Assembly (NCBI GenBank): GCA_051362555.1
Contig: CM120641.1
Location: 7,440,001-7,504,000, forward strand
DNA from: Lingula anatina
Taxonomy: Eukaryota > Animalia > Brachiopoda
Length of the DNA: 64,000 nucleotides
Reading direction: 5' to 3'
Shown: positions 37,701 through 46,700 of the stretch, one piece after another
Layout: every line of letters begins with the position of its first letter
How positions within the stretch are numbered: the stretch's first letter is position 1
Made by a program: the position numbers and the translations under genes
The notes under the pieces: model-generated
What the model was told of the DNA's origin: nothing
What the model saw: only the letters and a program-made list of their open reading frames with translations
The model's database searches: none

Positions 37701-40338
37701 ACTCTTGTCACTGCTGCATACGGCGTGGAATGTGTATCTTAAAGTTCATAGAAACATTTTATTGTGTTTTGTAAGCTTTAGGAAGTAGTTTCGTCGTGAC
37801 TGAATATCAGCGTACACTACAAAGTAGTACCATTCATCTGTGACGCATCATAAAAGCTAGGTACGTCAAATTACTCTAAGAAAATTTCTTTCAACGTCCA
37901 CGGCTGTCCCGACAAGCCAAGACGTCATTAAAAAAAAGTCGTAAGCCGTCTAGCCGTTTTTGAAAACATAGGCCGTCCGGTGATGACAGCGGCCATCCAA
38001 ATGGCGGCTGGACGGTTCGCTGGGAAAAGCCTTGCTCATAAGGGTATATTTATTTAACTAGGGGCTTACTGACAGCACCCAGCTTACATGCGGGTGCATG
38101 CCTCCCAAAATTATATTAAAGGATGAAATTGTAATATATCTAAGTTTAATTGTTTGTAAATTTTGTAAAAATTGCCCATGCCACCCCGTTAGTTTGGAGG
38201 GTTAAGCTGGATCAAGTCCGTGTCAATATTCTTTGAAGCTTTGTAGGAAAAATCAATCTTCCTTTGTTTCTCTGGCTCCTTGTTTAGCCCGATGGTCAGA
38301 TGCCCCCAGGTCTGCTGGAGCAGCTCTTTGAAAATAACACACAGGTAGATTTTTATCTGAGATAAATATCGCGTTCGATACACTCAAGACAAAAGCTACC
38401 TGTGAGCTGAAGGGCACTTTACCCTCTACATAAGAGGTAAAGCAAGTTCCAGCTAGATGGACGATTAAGATCGGACTTCAGATGGTAACTAGTATTGTTT
38501 ACCTCAGTTCTGTGAAAGCAAACGAGAAGGGTGTCAGAACAATGGTGCATATATAAATTATACAGAGAATTTGTACATTCAGGTGACGTTAACTTATAAT
38601 CGAAGGGGATTTTCGATAATATTCCTTGAAAAGTACACTAAATTTATAGAGAATAATATCATGGTTGGCCAAAAAATTATATACGCACAGTGTCCGTGCG
38701 TATGCCTGGTCACGCCCCAGTCGCAAACCATAGGCCAATCCTGCTGACTACATGAAAATTGCCTTCTAGCATGGACAAAAAGTCCAAGCTTCTATGCTTG
38801 CTCGGATCGCTGACGATCTCTTGCTGACGAATATAGTAACGAAGTCCCTTGAACTAGTGTGGAAATTGGCCTATTGTCGCGCTCAGATCGCTCACTATCT
38901 CCCATTGACGATCTTCCAGTCCCTTGAACGAATATAAAAACTGCCTTTTCGGTTTACTCTAGATTACCTATCTCTCGCGTTTGTTTGAAGATGGTTTCAA
39001 TGACAAAACGTACACGCTTTTCAAATGCGTACATTGACGCAACTATGCGCCAGGAAATCAGTTGCTGCTGCTGGTCAAGATTGGGTTGCCTGAGCGAAAA
39101 AAAAAAAAAAAAAAAAAACGGCCCTGCACCCACCCCCCCCCCCCACCCCCCACCCCCAAACCTAAGATCTAATATCCGTTTATTAGATCTTATCCCAAAC
39201 CTAGTATATTTGATCGCAGACAACAATCAGCGGTCATCTTGGTCGCAGCGCACGACGGAGAGAGACCATAATACACAGTTCGGCTGCCGTGGCGAAGGCT
39301 ACCTGTGCGCCGCACATACCGATCTGCGGTCGTAGTGGCCTCCCCACACGGAGGAGAGGCCGTAGTGCCGAGGCCGGCTTCTGCAGGGAAGGCTACGTAT
39401 GCGTCGGAGACACCGACCCGCGAACAGCGAGATGAGGACGCATTCGCGCGTAAAGCTCCGCCCGACATTAACGGTAAAGGCAACGAACCTGGTCGCGGAA
39501 GACACTTATCGCAGATGAAGGCTACATGCACGTGCGCCATAGACACTGATCGGCTGTCGTCTCGGTTTCAGTGCACGGAAAGGAGCAACGGTAACACTAA
39601 GCTTCCATAGTAAAGGTAATCTGGCCGTGGCAGACGCTAATCGTCGGCCGTCTCTCCCTCCGTCCACTCCCGTTCTGAGCGCCAGGATCGTTTTTGAAAA
39701 ACAACACTAGTTTCTGGCTGCCAGAATCGCTTTTGAAAAACGACACTACTAATAACGATGCTGTTTTGCGGCCCTAGACAACAGTACCGCTCTATCTATG
39801 GGCCATACACAGTGATCGGGTGAAAGTACGTGTATACCTTTGGTCGCAATTACCGACACTCACACATCATACATTATGGTAACTCTATATAGATCGTCGG
39901 GAGAAGATAACAGAAGGCCTAGCGACGAACAGACAACTTCCGGTCAAAATTGACAGAATTCCATGAAATTCGAACTTTCGGAAGTTCTGAGCACCTCCAT
40001 TTCATGAATTTCGGCCAGAACGATCTTTTCCCAAATTTAATTATTTTCTACTGTTCGAAATTCATGGCACATTACCGTAATCTTATTTTAGTAAAACATT
40101 CACAATACTTTTGCAAATTTTATGTGAAGTTTTTAAAGCTTAACCTCATTTTCTGTTTGTAAAATTATATATCTCATGCCATGGCTATATTACTAAAGCT
40201 AAATCAAACTTACTGGGTTTACTATGAAGAGATTTTCATTCAGTGCTTTCTTGCAGTCTGAGAGCTTTTTGGTTCGCACATTCTTTCTCCATACACTGAA
40301 TGCTTTCCACTTGCGGAATTTGGCAAAAACACTGATCT

Positions 40339-40387
<49 letters not shown>

Positions 40388-42687
40388 TGATTTTTTAAGC
40401 AGACATCAATTTATTCATCAATGGCATAATGTTTCACAAACACCAATTTCATTAGTTTTACCATAAGCCTATACCAACAAAAAGGAGTATTTTTAAAGCA
40501 GTAAGATCACAACTTGATATTCCAAAACAGTAGATTTTAGAAAAATGACAAAAACTTAAAATAATACAATGCCAATAAGAAACAACTCACCTTTATCAGT
40601 TTGCGGAAATATCTGTACTCCTGTTCCCATCTGTCCAGTGGTACATGCTCAGTTTCATCATCGTCACGCATTCTAGTGACTCCCTTGATACTGATGGTGC
40701 AGTAATCATCTTTGTTGATGTTCTCATGGCTTACAACTCTGAAAATGTACCAAACGTATAAGTGTAGTGAAAAGTATAAAGTGTATTATTTCAATTAAAC
40801 AATTAAAATGATTTACCAAACTGGATAATATCTTAACACATAAATGATCCACACTTGAATGAAGCTATGCATCAATTTTTTTTCATCCACAGATAATTTT
40901 TCCTTTATTGCTTTGTGGAAATAATCAAATCATTTTGAATATTTTTTACTTAACGTAATTTTAAAAACTTTATAAATTACAAGTGACATCGTAAATATCA
41001 TCTCATACTTCACATCTCTATGTTATCATTCAACTTACTTCAAGTTGAAATAATGATAGTCCACAGAAGATTTTGGCACTGCAGGACTGAGATACAAGAA
41101 CCCAATCTTAGGGTTCTCTCTCACAAGCTGTATCATCTGTAAAGGATCTTTAATGCCCTCCAGATGAGTTGTGCCTGGAAGAAAGAAAATTGATTTCAAC
41201 AGTATGCATAAAATGAATATGTTTTTATTCACCAGGGGTTATTCTGAATAAAACAATGAGATAAAAATAAAAAGCCATGAACCCTGGGGTAAAAAAATTC
41301 TGTAAGCCAACTAGCAAAGAATTCATATTATCAAAGTTTTTGAAAATCATACTTCCAATTATCTGAGGAGTTTCCACATGGTTGCCAACTTAGCAATGTA
41401 AACACTTCTCAAAACACTTCTTTGACTTAACCTCATCTAATTCTATCCTTAAAGAAATTCAAATGTTCAATTTTTAAACATAAATCTAATTTTTTAAATA
41501 AAAATAAAATAAATGATGCTCTTACCTTTAGCGGTAATGGAGGGTCCTGGTACAGTAGAAGCACGGACATGTCTTCCTTTGGGAGAAGGTGGTTTTGGTT
41601 CTTTGGGTGGCACTGGGGAAATCTGTCTGCTAGCAGCACTCATTGACTCCTGGAAACAAATATGATATACTTGACAACATGCCATGCATTCATATGTTAG
41701 TGATGGAATTTGGTCTTCTCTCCATAGTAGCTGTATCTATATGCCTGAATATTGTTCCATGTACTCCATAAATCATACTTTCAAACAAATTATCTGATCT
41801 GGTGTTACTAATTTTTTCACACTACAACCTCATTATCCTGTTTGTTTAAAGTGAAGTTAACACATTAAGAAATAACTATTGAATGCAGATAAAAGCCTGA
41901 TAATGCACCTGTTTCTGTTTGAACTCCTCTGGTAGTTCTGGCAGTGGTGATGCTGAAGCTGGCCTATCCATTGGTTCCACTGAACTGGCACGTTTCATTT
42001 TCTTGGCCTGTGGTTCTTCTTTTTTGAAAAACCCTTGAGCTTCCATCTTTTCCTTAGCCTTCATATGGATAAATTCTGGTTGATTCACCATTTGATATTT
42101 TTGAAGACTAGGCTAAAATATGGAAATAAGACACACTTATGATATATGAGCCTCATATTCAATATTATATCAAACACGGAGTAACATGGAAAAGACCAAC
42201 ACTGCATACACCTCAAAATCTATCGCTCCACGAAAAAAGAAAAAAAATCCCTAAGAAAAATATATAATTGGATATTAACAACAGTGCATATCTCCAAAAT
42301 TATTTTGACTAAATCATTCATATCTAATTTGATAGTTAAATGATTTGCTCATATTAATAATACTTGATATATTAGTTCACAACAGTCACAGGTAAAATAT
42401 ACTTTACATATTACACAGTTACTTACCAAAGGTTCCAACTTTGCAGCAACAGGTGTGTTTTCTTTCCTTAACTGGGCATTTGTAGGCCTGTTGAATCTCA
42501 GAGCCCTTGTATTGATAGGTGCTTGTTTTGGTGCAAATGAGTACAGTCTTGCCTTCAGTTTTTCTTGATCCACACTCGGTAGCGCCCCATTTGCTCTTTG
42601 GCCATTTAACTGTCCACTGTGGCCATTAACTTGGCCATTCATTTGGCCATTCATTCTGGGGCTAAATGCAGCATTTGGTGTATCCAT
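11..42687 (-). CDS. DNAH6: Axonemal (inner-arm, single-headed type) dynein heavy chain, DNAH6-like; multi-exon gene, 3' end lies beyond the left edge of the window
   Basis: Minus-strand GT-AG exons run in order: N-terminal tail, linker ([31 protein letters not shown]; [14 protein letters not shown]; [18 protein letters not shown]), AAA1 ([10 protein letters not shown]), AAA2 (GPTGGGKT), AAA3 (GSTGVGK), AAA4 ([10 protein letters not shown]), stalk, AAA5 ([12 protein letters not shown]) and AAA6 (LSTGSDPM; NCHLAASWM). The first coding exons were phase-checked by hand: 42427-42687, 41909-42112, 41526-41649, 41039-41174, 40591-40738, 40214-40336, 36311-36445. The last visible exons are 466-636 and 11-97. 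The DNAH6 subfamily call rests on recalled similarity to vertebrate DNAH6. Confidence 0.92.
278..400. repeat. Perfect 60-bp direct duplication with a 3-bp spacer
   Basis: 278-337 equals 341-400, separated by CGA. Confidence 0.9.
3134..3324 (-). CDS. DNAH6: Dynein heavy chain exon, AAA6 region
   Basis: [21 protein letters not shown]...[16 protein letters not shown], bounded by AG and GT. Confidence 0.9.
5308..5668 (-). CDS. DNAH6: Dynein heavy chain exon, AAA5 / strut (buttress) coiled coil
   Basis: [17 protein letters not shown]...[18 protein letters not shown]...DPMYQFSL; canonical splice sites. Confidence 0.9.
6473..6961 (-). CDS. DNAH6: Dynein heavy chain exon, AAA5
   Basis: 489-nt in-frame exon with [16 protein letters not shown] and [15 protein letters not shown]. 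Confidence 0.92.
7120..7259 (+). mobile_element. Minimal (~140 bp) HINE/Helentron-derived element
   Basis: TTTT-ACCTCCGCCAAGGAGGT at the 5' end; inverted CCTTGGCAGAGGT (7222-7234), hairpin GCGCTC-tca-GAGTGC and CTAG-TTTT at the 3' end. Confidence 0.7.
8174..8336 (-). CDS. DNAH6: Dynein heavy chain exon, microtubule-binding domain of the stalk
   Basis: [29 protein letters not shown]...[11 protein letters not shown], read from the reverse strand; AG/GT bounded. Confidence 0.85.
9867..9950. repeat. (AAAT)n microsatellite; similar tracts at ~28545-28600 and ~31661-31707
   Basis: Direct reading. Confidence 0.85.
11687..11847 (-). CDS. DNAH6: Dynein heavy chain exon, AAA4 P-loop
   Basis: [40 protein letters not shown]. 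Confidence 0.92.
13427..13558 (-). CDS. DNAH6: Dynein heavy chain exon (AAA3, distal), directly downstream of the 8.5-kb TE-filled intron
   Basis: [26 protein letters not shown]; 132 nt; acceptor ttttcctcttcAG at 13559-13571. Confidence 0.9.
13775..17970 (+). repeat. 146-bp tandem satellite array, about 29 units
   Basis: Unit aaaagtaggtcaaaggtcaattttaaggtcacatttagattgccagtatatgacttcc...; repeated ORF starts lie 438 (3x146) and 730 (5x146) bp apart. Confidence 0.97.
18168..20930 (+). mobile_element. Complete second copy of the same HINE family, nested in opposite orientation
   Basis: Starts ATTGTACCACCAGCGTGAGCGCTGGCGGTAC followed by (CCGCCGGCT)n. Ends GCTGGTGGTACAAT (20883-20896), hairpin (20902-20917) and CTAG-TTTT. 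Confidence 0.8.
19152..20720 (-). repeat. Inverted 146-bp satellite array, about 11 units
   Basis: Reverse complement of the same unit (tgaccttgaaattgacctttgacctactttt). Confidence 0.95.
22102..22259 (-). CDS. DNAH6: Dynein heavy chain exon (AAA3 Walker B), upstream of the TE-filled intron
   Basis: [26 protein letters not shown]; GT donor at 22100-22101. Confidence 0.9.
22998..23219 (-). CDS. DNAH6: Dynein heavy chain exon, AAA3 P-loop
   Basis: [15 protein letters not shown]...[10 protein letters not shown]; 222 nt. Confidence 0.92.
25188..25400 (-). CDS. DNAH6: Dynein heavy chain exon, AAA2 P-loop
   Basis: [26 protein letters not shown]; 213 nt. Confidence 0.92.
27146..27307 (-). CDS. DNAH6: Dynein heavy chain exon, AAA1 P-loop
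   Basis: [52 protein letters not shown]; 162 nt. Confidence 0.95.
36751..40077. mobile_element. 3.3-kb non-autonomous TIR DNA transposon with TA target-site duplication (Tc1/mariner-pogo superfamily-like)
   Basis: TA|CGGTAAAGTGCCATGAATTTCGAAC ... GTTCGAAATTCATGGCACATTACCG|TA (25-bp TIR, 1 mismatch). Repeated subterminal TGAATTTCG motifs at both ends, a CpG-rich interior and no recognisable transposase ORF. Confidence 0.85.
40340..40385. repeat. (AAT)n microsatellite abutting a dynein splice acceptor
   Basis: About 14 TAA units directly adjacent to the CAG acceptor at 40337-40339. Confidence 0.9.
42427..42687 (-). CDS. DNAH6: First coding exon of the dynein heavy chain
   Basis: ATG in aaaaATGg context 9 nt after an acceptor (AG at 42697-42698); 261 nt ending at GTAAGT; phase matches the next exon (41909-42112). 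Confidence 0.75.
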
Positions 42688-43267
42688 TTTTTATTTCTAA
42701 TATAAAAGAAACTATTTTTAGTGTATAACTATCTTTTCACTGATAATATTGAAGCAAAGGCATGTAATTATCACATACATAATACTAGCATTTGAACACA
42801 CATGACCTGTGAATAAAGATTAAATTTACGTATCCCTTCTATCACAGCTAAACCACATGACTGTGCCACTGTGTAGACCTTGAAGACTTGATATGACTAT
42901 GTCTAAGAAAATGTAGAAGAAGAGATCATATTTGTATTTTCACAAATAACCCCAAAATATGTTGCTCTGACGAACACAAAAGTCATTATCATTTTGTATA
43001 AAAAGTATGTAATAAAGGTTCACCCCAAACCTTTTAACATTTCCATATTCCTTATGTCAGGTTGTAATTATAACTACATGTACAGACTATTCTTAAGATG
43101 TGTAAAGCAAGTGCCTTGTAACAACTGGGAAAGCTGGATACAAATACGACTATATTAACCATATCCAGCATTTTACAAACAATATAAGGCATATATAATG
43201 ACATAGAGAAGTATATATATCAAATGCATTGAAATTAAACTTCTTCAACCTCTTGAGCTTCGCTTAC

Positions 43268-43621
43268 CTGAATTTCTATTTCACATTTTTTAGAACTTGA
43301 CAAAAATTGTGACGTCCGCCATATTGGTTTATTATTTCTAAGCAACGATGCCGGAGATATGCGGACTAAAGCGGAAAAATTACCAAAGTTATTTTTTACA
43401 AACCGTCAGTTTTTTTGTGAAGATATTTAAGAAAAATACTATTTGGAGCGAAATATTTGATTAATTCAACTTTTTTATTTTTTACGAAGACTTCATTTTA
43501 GGGCAAGCAGAGGGGGGAGACTCGGTCAAAAGAACGCTTGTAGTCTCGCGCATTCTCGCGGCTGTTCCCGGAAGTTTATATGCTAAGACGGGGTCCTTCA
43601 GGGTGGAGTGAATTTAGCCGG
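43268..43621. promoter_or_regulatory. Putative bidirectional promoter with non-coding first exons of the dynein (-) and tropomodulin (+)
   Basis: Local CpG enrichment and divergent donors CAG|GTAAGC (minus, 43267) and CGG|GTAGGT (plus, 43622). Motifs: X-box-like GTTGCTTAGAAAT (minus, 43334-43346), YY1-like AATATGGCG (minus, 43317-43325), TGACGTC (43310), ETS CCGGAAGT (43568-43575) and two TCTCGCG. Confidence 0.6.
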
Positions 43622-45059
43622 GTAGGTACTGAAGTTTTTCATGCTTTAGAGACGTTGCCTTCTTGATTGGTGAATCTTTAAAAAGACATTATAACTATGG
43701 TTACTAGAAGTGTGCTTATGCCATATTAATTACCGATCATCAATTTGTTAACGATGTAGGTCAATATAAATACCATGTTATTTCAACCTACTGTATCTGG
43801 GTCTGTCAGTCTCACAGTCAACATTATATTTACTGTTATGACTCACATAGTTTAGATTCAGCTTTACAGCTATCTAGGGCATGGGAATGAATATTTCAGA
43901 GGAGGGTATGGTGTTGTGCATTTCATCTTTTTTTCTGACAATTTACTCCCAACTTAAAATATATATGTCTGTTAAATTCATTTGGGTCATAAAAATATTT
44001 GTGTATGTAATATGAAGATATACTTGTAGATTGTCATGATCATAGTCTTAATATAATAAACTCTTGTCCCCGATCCTCAAAATACATATAAATATCTATA
44101 TCAGCTAGAAAACTTTTTTATAATAAATTTTGTTACGTAGAGAAATAGATATCTGCAGCTGTTTTAGTTGCTGTGGGGTGGTCTTTGAAATTGATGTTAC
44201 AAAATGTATGTTAGTCTTTGTTCTTTATTCTTTGAGAATTTTGCTTTTAAAAACTATGCATATTTTAATATTACAAAAAAAAAAAATGGACAAAGGAATC
44301 AATGATATTTGTTCTTGTCAAAATAATCAGTTTCCCCCCCCCCCCCTTCACCCTTAAAAGGATTCACTGTCAGAAAACATGATGTAAAAAAAAAAAAAAA
44401 ATAGAATTTCATAGTCATGCAGAATCATGTTTATAACATTGCTCTTTGGTCATTGTAAGTAGATAAATTAATTCTGGCCAGTTACCTGGTCATGGTAATC
44501 ATTCAATAAATTAGGTGTACATGTTTGTGATGAAAGGACATGTCACTGAATCTATTATTTATTTGTCATTATTAAAACATCAGTTATTCATGATATTACA
44601 TAAAGCATAGTATATGAGTTCTTGATTAAACTATGCCAACTGCATGCAATTTGTCCCTTCCTTAAAATAAACTTGCTTTGCAACAACTACCTTGAATGAC
44701 CAGAGATCACTCCATGGAGACTTGCCTCTATTATTGGTATGAGTTTTTAGTATATTCTGAAACTCAGGATGAGCAAAGGCTAATAAGTATGCAGAGTCAC
44801 AGACACTGTGTTAGCAAGCTGTTATACTTGTACCTAATGTTGGGTCAATAATTCTGGGGACATGCAAGCTTGGTGTATTCTTGGCAAGTGAAAACTAATT
44901 GATATATTATGTACCTCTTGGATTTATACTTGCTTAAAGATGGACTACATGTATGAAAATGTTTAAAAGTCTAATTGGGTTTTTGACTAAATTTGAGTTC
45001 TTACAGGACATTGCAGTTTCAAAAATTTCTCAAAGTAAAAAAAAGAAAAATTCAAAGAG

Positions 45060-45283
45060 GGCAGATCCCCACCAAAACAACTCAGTTCTTCTTCTTAATT
45101 AATTAATTAGTCAGTTAATTATTAAATGGATCACCACCAATATCTAATCGATTTTAAGTCAGCCCATGGCCATTTCTGACCTTTCCTGAAAATTTTATCA
45201 AAATCCAGCTATAAGTTTTTGAGTTAAGCTGTTTACTAACAAACCAGGTAAGAGAAAAACATAAACCCCTAGGCAGAAGTAAC
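45060..45283 (-). mobile_element. Degenerate copy of the 7120-7259 HINE family
   Basis: aaaacataaacccctaggcagaagtaa and ggatcaccaccaa match the reverse complement of the 7120 element. Confidence 0.5.
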
Positions 45284-45694
45284 AATGTGCATTTTCATTG
45301 CCATGTGGATTATCCAAAACAGCTTTCTTTTTTGTGAAAGCAATATCTTTTAAAGTATTCCACTGGAGACATTTTTTTCAAGATCTGCTGCTGATGTCAT
45401 ATCCCAATTTCCTTTATAACATCTTTTCAGTTTATGTAAATAAAAATTACAACACAGGGAAGACACCACCATCATTGTATCATCAGTCAGTTTGTGTTGA
45501 TGTTTTATGTTAAGCAGTTGATCCTTCACAAGGTCATATAAAGAATCAACACCATGATATATCACACAAATGGAAACAGGAGACCAATTCAGGCTTTCAG
45601 TGAGAAGCTATCAATGGACAGGAAGTTGAATTACACAATTGCTTTTTATGTACAGACACAGATGTGTCTGTACATATAGCCATCATCTGCGTCT

Positions 45695-45735
<41 letters not shown>

Positions 45736-45744
45736 GCACTTTTA

Positions 45745-46700
45745 CCGATAACACGATAAGTGGAAAACTGTTTTTTCTTTTGGCTTGAAACTTACCGAAC
45801 TAATGAATATTCATAATACGCAGGTCAAGTTCGAAAATCAGCATGATCGGGTCACTTATAGGGAATTTATGCTGTTTTTTCACTTTTTTCAGCATAAATG
45901 AAGCACCGATAACACGATAAGTGGAAAACTGTTTTACTTTTTGGCTTGAAACTTACAGAACTGATGAATATTCATAATACGCAGGTCAAGTTCGAAAATC
46001 AGCGTGATTGGGTCATTTTTAGTGAATTTAGGCTATTTTTTCTCTTTTTTCAGCATAAATGCAGCACCGATAACATGATAAGTGGAAAACCATTTTACTT
46101 TTTGGCTTGAAACTTACAGAACTGATAAATATTCATAATACGCAGGTCAAGTTCGAAAATCGGCATGAATGGCTCATTTTTTAGTGAATTTAGGCTATTT
46201 TTTCTCTTTTTTCAGCATATATGCAGCACCGATAACACGATAACTGGAAAACCGTTTTGGCTTTTGGCTTGAAACTTACAGAACTGATAAATATTTATAA
46301 TACGCAGGTCAAGTTCGAAAATCGGCATGATCGGGTGACTTGTAGGGAAGTTATGCTGTTTTTTTTTTACTTTTTTCAGCATATATGAAGCACCGATAAC
46401 ACGATAAGTGGAAAACCGCTTTATTTTTTGGCTTCAAACTTACAAAACTGATGAAGATTCATAATCCGCAGATCAAGTTCGAAAATCAGCATGATCAAGC
46501 CATTTTTAGGGGAGTTATGCTATTTTTTCACTTTTTTCAACAAATATGCAACACTGATAACACTATATAAGAAAAACAGATAGGCCAATTGTCATTATAC
46601 TTACAGGAGTGGTCAGTCTTACTAAAATGCAGGTTGAGTTGGAAAATCAGCATAATCTGGCCATTATTTTAGAAGTTATGCTGTTTTTTCACATTTCCTC
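45745..46700 (+). repeat. ~161-bp tandem repeat, about 6 units
   Basis: ccgataacacgataagtggaaaac recurs at about 45745, 45906, 46067, 46229 and 46393, with a degenerate copy at about 46553. Confidence 0.9.

Noticed and set aside
37940-38025. Ribozyme-like fold around GCCGTC...TGATGA...GACGG
   Set aside because: Some pairing is possible, but the hammerhead core (CUGAUGA...GAAA) is not correctly present.
38189-38383. Possible captured exon ([23 protein letters not shown]...) within the TIR element
   Set aside because: It has a plausible acceptor at 38326-38327 but no recognisable homology, and it is out of phase with the upstream dynein exon. It cannot be supported without a search.
40199-40466. 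Poly-Leu and poly-Asn ORFs
   Set aside because: Translation of the (AAT)n microsatellite.
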